Part shown: positions 1 through 10,033 of the stretch, in pieces
Layout: every line of letters starts with the position of its first letter
Numbering within the stretch: position 1 is the stretch's first letter
IMG/VR virus record: IMGVR_UViG_3300013093_000048
Coordinates: 363-64,362 of that record
Strand: one strand, 5' to 3'
From: a virus
Lineage: Duplodnaviria; Caudoviricetes
Length of the DNA stretch: 64,000 nucleotides
Position numbers and translations under genes: made by a program
Notes under the pieces: generated by a model
The model's input: the letters and a program-made list of their open reading frames with translations, nothing else
Told to the model about the DNA's origin: nothing
The model's database searches: none

Positions 1-7
1 CTAAAAA

Positions 8-772
8 TTAAGGTGTGCCGCCAGCAGTATGACTGCCAAGTGTAATAAGGTTGCCAGAAGAATCTAACGAAGCTACGTTAGTACCATTATAGTTGAAATA
101 AAGCTTTGTACCGCTTGGTGTTACAGACCAACCACCCGAATTTGTAATATTCGTAGCGTTCGTAGCGTTCGTAGCGTTCGTAGCATTAGTGGCTGTTGTA
201 GCCGTTGCTGCACTACCACCAATAGAAAGGCTTGCTGCAGTGCCAGTTAAACCTGTACCTGCGCCAGCAAAAGAAGCCCCGGTTACGGCCCCAGTAACAC
301 CTAGAGTACCGCCGACTGTTTCATTCCCCGTAACGCTCAAATTACCGCTAATAGCTTGGTTTCCGGTAAGCCCAGTAAGTCCAGAGTAAAAGTTAGTGCC
401 ATCACAATAAACAATAGTCGTTGTACCGTTAGGGACGCTAATAAGTGAGCCAGAAGAACCACCAATAGTAACCGCATATCCACCAGTAGTTTGATTCGAG
501 ACAATATAGACTTTTACAACTAGCGGGGCAATAACCTGATATACACCAGAGTTTGTACCCTGCACAACAAGTACCATATTACGGGCTTCATCCAATACGC
601 CGTTTAAGTTTGATAGCGTATAGTTGGCATTAGACATGGTAATAGTTTGTACACCAGCAATAGCTTGTTCTATTAAGGTCCAGTTAGTATTTGTAGTTGT
701 GCCCCAAACACCAGATTGTTCCCCGCTACCAATTTCTTGAATTTTTAAACTAGTTGTGTATGACGATGCCAT
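8..772 (-). CDS. Tail/baseplate-associated fibre protein
   Basis: 254-aa Thr/Gly/Ser-rich ORF in the tail module; shares the GTGLTGTAASLSIGG block with the fibre at 4530-5876. Confidence 0.65.
   Translation of the reverse strand: MASSYTTSLKIQEIGSGEQSGVWGTTTNTNWTLIEQAIAGVQTITMSNANYTLSNLNGVLDEARNMVLVVQGTNSGVYQVIAPLVVKVYIVSNQTTGGYAVTIGGSSGSLISVPNGTTTIVYCDGTNFYSGLTGLTGNQAISGNLSVTGNETVGGTLGVTGAVTGASFAGAGTGLTGTAASLSIGGSAATATTATNATNATNATNATNITNSGGWSVTPSGTKLYFNYNGTNVASLDSSGNLITLGSHTAGGTP
150..185. repeat. 9-bp tandem repeat (TTCGTAGCG) x4, encoding ATN repeats
   Basis: Three perfect copies plus one with a final mismatch, in frame within the fibre gene. Confidence 0.9.
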
Positions 773-781
773 TTTTATCCT

Positions 782-3670
782 TTATGGGTAGTTATTATTA
801 ATGGGTACCCAAACTATTGTTTGTCCATCATTGATACTTGTCCAAGCGCTTGCCTCAGTGTTATTAACCACCGCCCAATTTCCTGTTTGTCCATCGTTTA
901 TAGCATACCAGCCACGAGGGAATGGGTCGTCTAATAATACCAAATTTTCAGCTATCTGGCTAGTAAATGAAGCTATTACGACGGGGGAGTCATTTGGGTT
1001 GATGTTTTCGGCAACTGAGGTGTTAAAAATCTTAAGGGCGGTTTGGGCATCGGCAGCGGTTAGGGTTTCTGTAATGCTTGAGTATTGAGTACGAACTGCC
1101 AAACTAGAGTCAGCTGCGGTAATGGCTTCAGATAGGCTAGATACAAAACTAGCTAAAACTGACTCTAAATCGGCAACATTTGTGGCCTCAGAGACTACTA
1201 CTTTAAAAGTCGCAGCAACCGTTGGGGTATCGGATGAAGTTAAACCTTCTAGAATTACAGTAGCAAATGTGGCTGCCCCAATAGATGAATCGGCTACCGT
1301 TAGAGCTTCTGTAATAGCTTTGTTATAAACCAAAGAAACTGCTAATGAATCCGCCAAAGTAGCAGCCTCGGCAATAGCAACGGCAAAAGAAGCTAAACTA
1401 GCTGGGGAATCGGCAAAAGTAGAGGTTTCTGAAATAACACTAGCAAACTTGGCAACTACAGTTGGGGTATCGGCTGGGTTTAGGTTTTCTAATACCGAGC
1501 TTAAAAACGCAGCTGTAGTTGATGGAGTATCTGCCGAAGTAAGAACTTCTGATATTGCGCTGGCAAAAGCTGCTGTTGCCGCTGGGCTATCTGCTGTAGT
1601 AATAGCTTCTGTAATAGCAGCTACAAAAGGAACAATAGCTGCTAGGCTATCTGATATAGATAAAATTTGCTCTAGTACCGAAACTGCTAAAGTAATGGCT
1701 TGTGAATCGTTTGAAGTTAAAGCCTCAGTAATTGCGCTGGCAAATGTAGCCGTTACAGCAGAAGAGTCATTTGAAGTTAAAACTTCTGTAATAAAACTAG
1801 CAAAAGCTGCTGTTGCTGTAGGTGAATCTGCCGCAGCTATGTTTTCTGTAATAGAAACAAGGAAAGCAAATAAAGACGACTCGGCTAAAACTATGTTTTC
1901 TGATACGCTAGTTGCATAAGTTATTTTTACTGTGGGGGAATCAGCAGCTGTTAAACCCTCAGAAACTAAAGAATTAAATATTTTTATTGCCGTAAAGGTA
2001 TCACCAGAAGTTAAGACCTCAGTAATTAAACTAGCAAAAGCAGCTGTTACAGATGAAGAATCCGCTGAAGTTAGCGTCTCAGTAACTGCGCCTGTATAAG
2101 TAGTGCCACCAGTAGAAGTGTAAGTAAACACAATAATTCCTTGTGCTCCTAATGCTCTGCTACTACCGCCACCAGCACCATATAAACCACCGCCACCGCC
2201 AGATACACCAGTGCTATTTGTTCCTGCACCGCCACCGCCACCGCCAGAACCAGCAGTTGAAGAATCTGATGTTTGAGTCCAATAACTTCCTGTAGCTCCT
2301 GCACTTGGGTTATAAGTTGAGCTATAACCACCGCCACCGCCAGCACTTGAACCAGCGGTAGGATTACCAGCAGAACTGCTTGAAGTAGCTCCTGTGCCAC
2401 CGCCAGATACTGTATTAAGTGGAAATATCTTTATTGCTGATGGAGTGCCATTTTGAGTAATCGTAAGCGAATTACCACTATTGTCTGTAAATGGGGTTGT
2501 AGAAGATTGGCAAGTCAATAAAGCTGTATTTGTAATTGCAGTTAATTGACTTGTAGGCGGTGTAAAGTTACTTGTATAAACTGCACTTCCATTTACTAAC
2601 CTAAAATTAGAAATGTAGCCGGGCATAAACAAGCCAAAAGTTGAACTTTGTCTTGCCGCTATTGTATGAGTTGTTCCAGCATATAAAGCGGTGGATGCAA
2701 TAGTAGAACTTACAATGGAATATCCATCTAAATAAACTTGTAAATTTGTCCCATTTTTTACTACAGCTAAATGAAACCAACTATTGACTGGAATATTTAC
2801 ACTACCTGTAGTATTTAATATATCTAAACTTGTTCCATTGGAACTCATTTGGACTGCAATAGTTGAGGTATTATTGCTACTTGTTAATACCCTTAAAGCT
2901 GAAAAACCATTTGAACTATTACCACAAATTTGAAAAAAGTTAATTTGGTTTGTTATTGAAGTAACATAAAACCAACCTTCAACAGTAAAATTGTTTGAAC
3001 CAAGTTGTAAAACTGAGTTATTAGCGATTGTTAAATAGTCAGTTGTTCCATTAAAACTACCGCTATAGTTTGTGCTAGTAGTTCCAGCTATGCCACCACC
3101 ACCAGTTCCCCCAGTAGTTGTTGTTGAATACCCGCCAAAAGCCCCACCATTACCACCACCACCGCCACCACCTCTGCCAGTTGATGAAAAATTATATCCA
3201 CCAGCACCGCCAGGACCAGATGGACCGCCAGCGCCACCACCACCACCGCCAGAGTTATTTCCATTTCCTATACCACCAGCACCACCATCATATTTTGTTG
3301 TTCCTATAGAGCTTGAAGCAAGACCCGGGATAGCAGTATTTCCATTACCACTTCCACCATTACCAGCCTTAGCTAATGCACCTTGAGATGTTGTTGATGG
3401 AGCAGAATTTGAAGAAGCATTAAACCAAGTTTGTCCACCAGCACCGCCAGCACTACCACCAGCACCTACAGAAACATAAGCTGTACCATTTGCAACAATT
3501 CCTGTAACAGCAGTAGAAGCCGCATAAGCACCACCAGAACCACCACCATTACTACTTCCATTATTACCGCCACCACCACCACCAATACATTCAACGGAAA
3601 CTAATGAACCAAAGTCTGCTGGTATGGTGTATGTAGTACCAGAGGTAATAAATACAGTTTTAACCGCCAT
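782..3670 (-). CDS. Tail protein: Gly-rich domain, ConA/LamG-like domain, C-terminal ~23-aa repeats
   Basis: Poly-Gly N-terminus; LamG-type motifs (NFTVEGWFY, WFHLAVVKNG, GYISNFRLV); repeated ITExLTxAD units. Confidence 0.75.
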   Translation of the reverse strand: MAVKTVFITSGTTYTIPADFGSLVSVECIGGGGGGNNGSSNGGGSGGAYAASTAVTGIVANGTAYVSVGAGGSAGGAGGQTWFNASSNSAPSTTSQGALAKAGNGGSGNGNTAIPGLASSSIGTTKYDGGAGGIGNGNNSGGGGGGAGGPSGPGGAGGYNFSSTGRGGGGGGGNGGAFGGYSTTTTGGTGGGGIAGTTSTNYSGSFNGTTDYLTIANNSVLQLGSNNFTVEGWFYVTSITNQINFFQICGNSSNGFSALRVLTSSNNTSTIAVQMSSNGTSLDILNTTGSVNIPVNSWFHLAVVKNGTNLQVYLDGYSIVSSTIASTALYAGTTHTIAARQSSTFGLFMPGYISNFRLVNGSAVYTSNFTPPTSQLTAITNTALLTCQSSTTPFTDNSGNSLTITQNGTPSAIKIFPLNTVSGGGTGATSSSSAGNPTAGSSAGGGGGYSSTYNPSAGATGSYWTQTSDSSTAGSGGGGGGAGTNSTGVSGGGGGLYGAGGGSSRALGAQGIIVFTYTSTGGTTYTGAVTETLTSADSSSVTAAFASLITEVLTSGDTFTAIKIFNSLVSEGLTAADSPTVKITYATSVSENIVLAESSLFAFLVSITENIAAADSPTATAAFASFITEVLTSNDSSAVTATFASAITEALTSNDSQAITLAVSVLEQILSISDSLAAIVPFVAAITEAITTADSPAATAAFASAISEVLTSADTPSTTAAFLSSVLENLNPADTPTVVAKFASVISETSTFADSPASLASFAVAIAEAATLADSLAVSLVYNKAITEALTVADSSIGAATFATVILEGLTSSDTPTVAATFKVVVSEATNVADLESVLASFVSSLSEAITAADSSLAVRTQYSSITETLTAADAQTALKIFNTSVAENINPNDSPVVIASFTSQIAENLVLLDDPFPRGWYAINDGQTGNWAVVNNTEASAWTSINDGQTIVWVPINNNYP

Positions 3671-3830
3671 TATCTACCACCATAGGAATCGGGCTAACTT
3701 GAGCTCCATCCCAATAATATCCATCAGGTATTTCTACCAATGTGCAACCGTCAGGCGCAAGGTCAGTTGGCTCGGCAACAATAGTGTTAACAAGTTGGTT
3801 ATTAGAATCAATTACAGCGCAAATAGTCAT
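3660..3830 (-). CDS. Small tail-fibre-associated protein, 56 aa (not in ORF track)
   Basis: Hand translation MTICAVIDSNNQLVNTIVAEPTDLAPDGCTLVEIPDGYYWDG...; fills the gap between two tail genes. Confidence 0.8.
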   Translation of the reverse strand: MTICAVIDSNNQLVNTIVAEPTDLAPDGCTLVEIPDGYYWDGAQVSPIPMVVDNGG

Positions 3831-3831
3831 A

Positions 3832-4530
3832 TCATTGCCTATTATCTATCAGTGTCCAGTTGGTAATCTGGGTGTCGTTAATTTTAATCCATGCGGCTGC
3901 TAATAATACATCAGAAGCGGTAATGGGTTCATTTTGAGATTTTGCAAAAGTAGCTTTTACAGTTGGCACATCGGTTGGGTTTATATTTTCTAATATGGAA
4001 CTATTAAATATTGTAATAGCTGTTTGAGCATCTGCTACAGTCATTGCTTCTGATATAGACGTTACAAACGTAACAATTACCGATTCACTATCTGTTTCGG
4101 TTAAAACGCTTTCAATAATAGAAGCTACATAATATAGACCAGCTGCAAGGCTATCTGCAGAAGTAACACCCTCGCTAATGTTTGCAAATGTAGTTTTTAT
4201 GCTACTTAATGCATCTGCGTAGGTAACAGCTTCTGTTATAGAACTACCAAGATTAGCTACAACTGTTGCATCTTGAGAAGAAACAAGTAATGTACTTGTT
4301 GACTGTCCGCCAAATCCAGCAGCACCCATAGCAAATCCAGAAAACATTGCAGGTAATGTAACTGACTGCAGGTTTATATTAAACCCTTCAATAATGCTTG
4401 CTGCAAATAAACCTGGTACTTGGATGTTTTCTGCAAGCGTTAATGTTTCTGTTATATCTACAGAATACGTCCCGTTTACAACTCCTAAACCAGCAAATGG
4501 GGCTTGAGCGAACCCAGCATAGCCAAACAT
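3832..4530 (-). CDS. Virion structural protein with ITExxTxAD repeats
   Basis: MFGYAGFAQAPFA start; same repeats and WxxINDxQxxNW end as 782-3670. Confidence 0.65.
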   Translation of the reverse strand: MFGYAGFAQAPFAGLGVVNGTYSVDITETLTLAENIQVPGLFAASIIEGFNINLQSVTLPAMFSGFAMGAAGFGGQSTSTLLVSSQDATVVANLGSSITEAVTYADALSSIKTTFANISEGVTSADSLAAGLYYVASIIESVLTETDSESVIVTFVTSISEAMTVADAQTAITIFNSSILENINPTDVPTVKATFAKSQNEPITASDVLLAAAWIKINDTQITNWTLIDNRQ

Positions 4531-5876
4531 TATTTACTCCGCTTTAGCTCTTCTATTTCAGCCCGTAGTGCTTTAACTTCTTTAGCTAACTCAATAGCTG
4601 CCACTAATGCCGCATTTCCATAAGATACAGAAAGCATCCCTTTTTCATCGGCAATAACAGCTTCTGGTAAAACTTCCATTAATGATTGTGCTGATACACC
4701 AGCTTCACGCCACTCACAATTAATACGGTTATATGAACCATGTTTTACTTTGGTTAAATCATCAAGGAAAGTATCTGGCAAATCACGCCAATTTTCTTTT
4801 AGCCGTTCGTCAGATGAAGATACGTGCGATGTAGCTGTTAAAGCCCCAGTAGAGGGGACATAGCTTAAAGAAGCGTTTGTGTTTGTACCTTGGTTAGTGC
4901 TTGTATTTGCACCCATAAATGTTGGGTAAAAAGTACTTGACGAAGTAGTTGTTGTGTTTGCTACGTTTGTAGCATTTGTAGCTGTGCCGGCGGTCAAACT
5001 TGAAGCCGTCCCTGTTAATCCTGTGCCTGGACCGCTAAACTGGGTAGATGCCGTAATTGTTGTTCCGCTTACAGTGCCTACAGTAATGTTAGGTGACCCA
5101 GTTAAGTTAGATGCAAGGCCAGCCGTAAGGCTACTTGCTGTACCAGTTAAACCATTACCAGGACCAACAAATTGAGTAGAAGCGGTAATTGTCGTACCGT
5201 TAACTGTGCCAACAGTAATATTAGGTGTGCCAGTTAAACCACCAGCAGTGCCAGCAGTTGTTGCTGATGTAGCTGTGGATGCAGTAGCTGCATTACCACC
5301 AATAGATAAAGAAGCTGCAGTACCAGTAAGGTTTGTTCCTGGACCACTAAAATAACCAGTCGCAGTAAAGTTAACGCCTGAATAAGAATTACCTGTATTT
5401 AAGGCATTAGCTGTAGTGGCTGTAGTTGCAGTTGTAGCTGTAGTTGCACTTGTAGCGCTTGTGGCTGTAGCAGCATTTCCGCCAATAGAAAGGCTTGCGG
5501 CAGTACCAGTAATATTAGTTCCAACAAAAGATGCTGGGGTTCCAAGACTTGTAGCATTACCAGAAGCATCTAAGTTAACGCTTCTACCTGATGGATAAGT
5601 AACAAATATAGTTACAGAACCAGAAAAAGTAACCGCTGTATTGGCGTTACTAGAAGCATAAATAGTAGTTCTAGTTAGTGTCGGACCCGTAGTTGAATAT
5701 GTGCCAAGCCCTGTCTCCCAGTTACCAGCAGAGTCATAGGAGCTGTAATAGGTAGTGTTTCCATTACCTATGGTCGCAAAAGTTTGAAAGCCCGTAACAG
5801 AACCACTTAGGGTAAAGCTAACTGTTGTGTTAGCCGTACCCGTCTGTTGGACTCTATCCGCTAAGATAAGAGCCAT
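4530..5876 (-). CDS. Tail fibre with C-terminal intramolecular chaperone (peptidase S74-like) domain
   Basis: SSDERLKEN autocleavage motif, GVSAQ..EVLPEAV, VSYG, terminal coiled coil. Confidence 0.85.
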   Translation of the reverse strand: MALILADRVQQTGTANTTVSFTLSGSVTGFQTFATIGNGNTTYYSSYDSAGNWETGLGTYSTTGPTLTRTTIYASSNANTAVTFSGSVTIFVTYPSGRSVNLDASGNATSLGTPASFVGTNITGTAASLSIGGNAATATSATSATTATTATTATTANALNTGNSYSGVNFTATGYFSGPGTNLTGTAASLSIGGNAATASTATSATTAGTAGGLTGTPNITVGTVNGTTITASTQFVGPGNGLTGTASSLTAGLASNLTGSPNITVGTVSGTTITASTQFSGPGTGLTGTASSLTAGTATNATNVANTTTTSSSTFYPTFMGANTSTNQGTNTNASLSYVPSTGALTATSHVSSSDERLKENWRDLPDTFLDDLTKVKHGSYNRINCEWREAGVSAQSLMEVLPEAVIADEKGMLSVSYGNAALVAAIELAKEVKALRAEIEELKRSK

Positions 5877-5888
5877 ATTAAGCTCCTA

Positions 5889-6506
5889 TTAGCTAGTAGC
5901 TGTTGTTGTATAAGTTACTGCTAAAGAGTCACCGTTGGCTACAGTTTTTGAACCACCAGTAAAGTTACCAGCAGAATACAAAGTACCTGTAGTTGTATCT
6001 TTAGTAGCAGATGCGCCAGAACCAGCATTAATAAAGCAACCGTTAACTGTGCCAGAAGAAGTCATAGCAAAAGTGTTAGCTGCAGAAACTGTTTTAGTAG
6101 TTACGTTAGATGGGCTTGTACCAGACGAAGTAGCAGTAGACCAAGTAGGAGACTGGCGATTACCTGTGTAAGCTGGAGCGTTTGTACCACCAACTTCTGT
6201 CCAAGTATGTGAAGCCATAGTATCAGCAGCTGTGTAAGTAGCTGTACCACCAGCTAAACCTAAATAGTTAGCGCCAGCAGCTGTACCGCCGCCTGTGCCA
6301 GTTGCGCCAAAATAGTAGTTAAACAAATCTTGTTTACCTACAGCAGTAACTAAGTTAGGAGCAATATCTTCCCACTTTAAGTTGCCGTCTTTGTCGTAAC
6401 ATTTAACAGTATAGTAACCTTGGATACCGAATGTCTCATCGGAGCTACCGCCTCTTGTAACGCTAGCAACACTAACGTCGCCAAAATTTGATTTTTCAAT
6501 GCTCAT
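5889..6506 (-). CDS. Virion structural protein
   Basis: 205-aa Thr/Gly-rich ORF with RBS (AGGAG) in the tail module. Confidence 0.6.
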   Translation of the reverse strand: MSIEKSNFGDVSVASVTRGGSSDETFGIQGYYTVKCYDKDGNLKWEDIAPNLVTAVGKQDLFNYYFGATGTGGGTAAGANYLGLAGGTATYTAADTMASHTWTEVGGTNAPAYTGNRQSPTWSTATSSGTSPSNVTTKTVSAANTFAMTSSGTVNGCFINAGSGASATKDTTTGTLYSAGNFTGGSKTVANGDSLAVTYTTTATS

Positions 6507-6507
6507 G

Positions 6508-6945
6508 TTAAGAAATCCTTAAAATAGAAGTTGTTGATGTTGCCGTTGGAAAAGTAACAGTAAAAGTACCTGCTGCTGTATTTGTTTTATCTGAACCGAA
6601 ATCCAACACTGCTACAGCCGCTCCAGTAGTGCCATTATATATTAAAGCACACCTAGCAGTAAAGGAAGCTGGGTTCCAAATTACGTTGGCAAAGTTAATA
6701 TATGCCGTATTAGAGTTTGTATCCCCTACTGGGACTTGAGTAATTGTTAGTGTTTTACCACCTGCTGTATACCCAGTACCTGTAATTTCGTTGGTTGTAC
6801 TGTACGTAGTGGTTGTGTTATTAAGGTTAGCGTTGCCTGTATATAGGGCAATTTTATATGTATATGGGGTGCCAACGGCAAAATTCTCTAACCCACTAAG
6901 CAGGTTGGTCTTAAATACAGTGGTTTGGCCTTGAACAATACTCAT
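6508..6945 (-). CDS. Virion structural protein
   Basis: 145 aa; YKIALYT, GYTAGG and AVAVLDFGSDK motifs; position in the tail module. Confidence 0.6.
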   Translation of the reverse strand: MSIVQGQTTVFKTNLLSGLENFAVGTPYTYKIALYTGNANLNNTTTTYSTTNEITGTGYTAGGKTLTITQVPVGDTNSNTAYINFANVIWNPASFTARCALIYNGTTGAAVAVLDFGSDKTNTAAGTFTVTFPTATSTTSILRIS

Positions 6946-7883
6946 AACTTATTATAAGGCAGACTAGTCTGGCCTCTCCTATAGGCATCGTTACGCTCCA
7001 GACCATCTCCAAGGCGTTTAATTTGCGCAATAGCTTCTTGGTACTTATTTTCGTAATAGCCAACCAAATCCTGCTCGCCCTTCATAAACAGCATAGCTTC
7101 GCGCATAGCGCCATAGAATAGTACAGGGTCATAGTTATCCCCAAGCCAACTAGTTCCAAGAGCATTCGATACTGTTGCTACATTAATAGAAAAGCCGCTA
7201 CCAGTACTACCAAGGGAAGAACAAGAAAGAGTATCGCCCACGACATAAAAATTACCGCCAAACTTAAGGCTACAGGATGTGACAACTCCACCAACGATGA
7301 CAATGTCTGCAGTAGCATTTGCTCCAGAACCTCCAGTTAAAGGTACGTTTTGATATACACCATTGGTATATAGCGAACCACCCGTAAGGGTATTTAGTGT
7401 AGTAATCTGACCTTGTACAATGGTCGGTGGGTAATAAAAATAATGCATCTCTACCGTATAGTTGTCATCAGGGGTAGGGGCTAAAATTAATGACAGAGCG
7501 TCCATATTGCCGTACTGATTACCAAATAAAGCGTAATACCTAGGAACCCCGCCAGGAGTACCTTGATAGGTAGTGCCGTTAGAACTAACGGTTGGGTAGG
7601 CTTCCCGTAAAAAATTAACATCTTTATTAAGCAAATAATTATAGTTACCAGATGAATCAATAACAGCAACAGAATAAGAAGACAAATAATCAGCTGGCAA
7701 AGATAGGTATTGATTACCAGAACTCACGGTACCTGTAACATTCTTACGTAATGATGGGATTTGAACTGAGTTGTATATACGATCTTCAGCTTGCTGTAAA
7801 AAAACAGGAATAGACGCCACAAAAAGCGCTTCGGTGTTTTCGGCATATGCCTGAATGTTGTTATACAACGTTTCGTAGTTCAT
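6942..7883 (-). CDS. Head-tail adaptor / neck protein
   Basis: FLQQAEDRIY, GVPRYYA, LAPTPD, LFYGAMREA motifs of adaptor-type proteins. Confidence 0.65.
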   Translation of the reverse strand: MNYETLYNNIQAYAENTEALFVASIPVFLQQAEDRIYNSVQIPSLRKNVTGTVSSGNQYLSLPADYLSSYSVAVIDSSGNYNYLLNKDVNFLREAYPTVSSNGTTYQGTPGGVPRYYALFGNQYGNMDALSLILAPTPDDNYTVEMHYFYYPPTIVQGQITTLNTLTGGSLYTNGVYQNVPLTGGSGANATADIVIVGGVVTSCSLKFGGNFYVVGDTLSCSSLGSTGSGFSINVATVSNALGTSWLGDNYDPVLFYGAMREAMLFMKGEQDLVGYYENKYQEAIAQIKRLGDGLERNDAYRRGQTSLPYNKL

Positions 7884-7895
7884 TAGGGTTTACCC

Positions 7896-8123
7896 TTAAG
7901 CCATTGGCCCACGTGACATTTTGCCTTTAGTCTGAGCTTTACCGCCGCGCATTTCAATACCAGAAGTCTTAGTAGGCTTGTAGTTATCTTTGCTGATATT
8001 TCCTAAAGAAATATTCATCTCGTCCATGTACTTAGAACCGCGCTCTGTGGACATATCTGGAAGCTTCTCAAGAACGCCATGAGGCTGTGCGTATTTATTA
8101 GCAGGTTTATTATTAATCGCCAT
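7896..8123 (-). CDS. Small basic protein
   Basis: 75 aa; ends MRGGKAQTKGKMSRGPMA. Confidence 0.65.
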   Translation of the reverse strand: MAINNKPANKYAQPHGVLEKLPDMSTERGSKYMDEMNISLGNISKDNYKPTKTSGIEMRGGKAQTKGKMSRGPMA

Positions 8124-8125
8124 GA

Positions 8126-8320
8126 TTATTTCCCATTCGCTTTTACTTTAGCCAAATTACGGCCCATAGACAACATGTCTTCATTGGTTTTACCGCCGGC
8201 TGGCCCTTTACCAACTTTTTTACCCATTTCAGTGCCAACGCTAGAACCTGAGTCGCCTAAGTTCTTACCTTTTGTCTTGCCCTTTTGGTTAATACCCTGG
8301 GCGCCGCTTTTAAATGTCAT
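8126..8320 (-). CDS. Small basic Lys/Gly-rich protein
   Basis: 64 aa with RBS (AGGAG). Confidence 0.65.
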   Translation of the reverse strand: MTFKSGAQGINQKGKTKGKNLGDSGSSVGTEMGKKVGKGPAGGKTNEDMLSMGRNLAKVKANGK

Positions 8321-8329
8321 ATCCTACTC

Positions 8330-8707
8330 CTAGTTAATTGTTACTGTTCCAACTTGCCCTTGCCCAACCAAATAATTTGGCGTTTCACCGTAATCATACC
8401 CTTGTCCTACAGGGTTCCAACCCCACTGGGTATCTCTACTACCGCCAGCTTGATAACCATAGGCCGTCAAACCAGATTGAACATAACTTAAATCCCGTCT
8501 TGGTTCCCGCACTGCTTGTGGGTCATTGATAGGATACATACCCAATTGTAACTGAGGTTGATCAGGGTCCCAACAGGTATTACAAACTTTTAGCTGATAA
8601 GGCTTTGTCTTTATTATTTCTGTACGAAGCTCAACCAACTTATATCTAAACGCGCATCTATCACATTCGGCAATTGCATACTTACCAGAAGCAAACTTAT
8701 TAGGCAT
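8330..8707 (-). CDS. Conserved-looking phage protein with two CxxC pairs
   Basis: ECDRC...VCNTCWD, DPQAVREPR. Confidence 0.7.
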   Translation of the reverse strand: MPNKFASGKYAIAECDRCAFRYKLVELRTEIIKTKPYQLKVCNTCWDPDQPQLQLGMYPINDPQAVREPRRDLSYVQSGLTAYGYQAGGSRDTQWGWNPVGQGYDYGETPNYLVGQGQVGTVTIN

Positions 8708-9648
8708 TAATAACCCCCAATAAACATCCTACGTGGCACAAACCGAACTGGGGCTTTTTCTCTATCCTCGTCAGCTGCCAATTGAAACTGCTGCTCATAT
8801 TCTGCTTTTAATGCTGCAATGCGATTGGGGTCAATGTTGTCAAGCTTAATAGACAGGTAGTACGCCAATCCTGCCACAAGGCAGTTAACAAACCTAAACG
8901 GAATATCCTGGATATTTACACCATTCCCAGCGTCTTGAATACGGCGCAAACGCCAATACACAAATTGGTATGGTTGCGAACCATCTGGCGTAGGCCAGAC
9001 TGATACCGCTGGTAGATTTTGAACATATGCTAATGCTCCTGTTGAATGAGCTGCTGCAGTTGTATTCGCTTGACCACGGGAGCAAAAACCAAGTTGATTT
9101 CCAGACACATAGCCATAAGCAATGATCTCATTGTCAATTTGAATAAAACCGGCTGAGGCCAGGTTAGTTGTGCTGCTTAGCGTAATTGTGGTATCAGTTG
9201 CAGAAATGCCGCTAGCTAGTGTATATGTGCTGTTATTAGCCTGACCAGACATACGTTGAATCCAAACTTGAATTGGTCTGCCTTGAGCTAGTTTGTTTGG
9301 AATTGTGGCGTATGTAGAGACGCTTATGCGGCTGATATTGATATCTGTTTGGTTAGACGCACTATTAGCCTGGGTGCGGATCTGGTGCTCTAAGAGGTCG
9401 ATTGTATCTGTTGGTAGCGCGTATGTAGTCTGGCCTTGAACAAGGTTAATTGTCCCCTGCTCAATAGTCCACATATTAATGCCACGGTTAGCCCACTCTA
9501 CAGTCAGTAAATTTAAAGAACGACGCGCAGTACGGAAGTCGTAACCAGTACGCAACTCTTTGCCGCAACGCTCAAACGCTTCCTCAACCAGATCGTTTAA
9601 ATCTAGATTAAATAGCGTAGTGCCTGTAGTAAGTGGGGAAACGGCCAT
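8707..9648 (-). CDS. Head-tail connector / tail tubular protein A-like
   Basis: EEAFERCG, ARRSLNLLTVEWANRG, VWPTPD, LVAGLAYYL motifs. Confidence 0.7.
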   Translation of the reverse strand: MAVSPLTTGTTLFNLDLNDLVEEAFERCGKELRTGYDFRTARRSLNLLTVEWANRGINMWTIEQGTINLVQGQTTYALPTDTIDLLEHQIRTQANSASNQTDINISRISVSTYATIPNKLAQGRPIQVWIQRMSGQANNSTYTLASGISATDTTITLSSTTNLASAGFIQIDNEIIAYGYVSGNQLGFCSRGQANTTAAAHSTGALAYVQNLPAVSVWPTPDGSQPYQFVYWRLRRIQDAGNGVNIQDIPFRFVNCLVAGLAYYLSIKLDNIDPNRIAALKAEYEQQFQLAADEDREKAPVRFVPRRMFIGGY

Positions 9649-9857
9649 TACTTAGCTTTCTTAGTAGCAAGTTTTTTTACAGTCTTCTTCACTGCTGGAG
9701 CAGCTTTTTTTACTGTTGGTTTTTTACCAGCAGGACGTCCGCGCTTTTTCTTAGGCACAGGGAACGGCCAAGGTTCGATAGCAAGCTCCGCTTTTTCAAA
9801 AGTAACTTCTTCTTTTGGTTTGCTAAACAAACCGAGAATCCAGTCAATTAATCTCAT
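9648..9857 (-). CDS. Small basic protein with AT-hook-like KKRGRP and Lys/Ala tail
   Basis: Translation; coupled to neighbouring genes. Confidence 0.65.
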   Translation of the reverse strand: MRLIDWILGLFSKPKEEVTFEKAELAIEPWPFPVPKKKRGRPAGKKPTVKKAAPAVKKTVKKLATKKAK

Positions 9858-10033
9858 TTCTTCAAACCTTTCAAGGTTTCCGCAAGCCTAGCCCGCTTAC
9901 CGATCTTGCCCGGTTTCTTTGCAGCTGCAGCTAGTTTGCTTGACGGAATCTTTTTGTCTTTAGCAACGCCCAATTCAGCCTTTAATGCGCCGGGTTTCTT
10001 AATTGCTTTTTGAATCCAGTTCTTAGTAGCCAT
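9854..10033 (-). CDS. Small basic protein, 59 aa (not in ORF track)
   Basis: Hand translation MATKNWIQKAIKKPGALKAELGV...KRARLAETLKGLKK; start/stop overlaps on both sides. Confidence 0.85.
   Translation of the reverse strand: MATKNWIQKAIKKPGALKAELGVAKDKKIPSSKLAAAAKKPGKIGKRARLAETLKGLKK

Noticed and set aside
189-6171. Plus-strand ORFs opposite the tail genes, including the Pro-rich 3072-3386
   Set aside because: Antisense shadows of Gly/Thr/Ala-rich coding sequence
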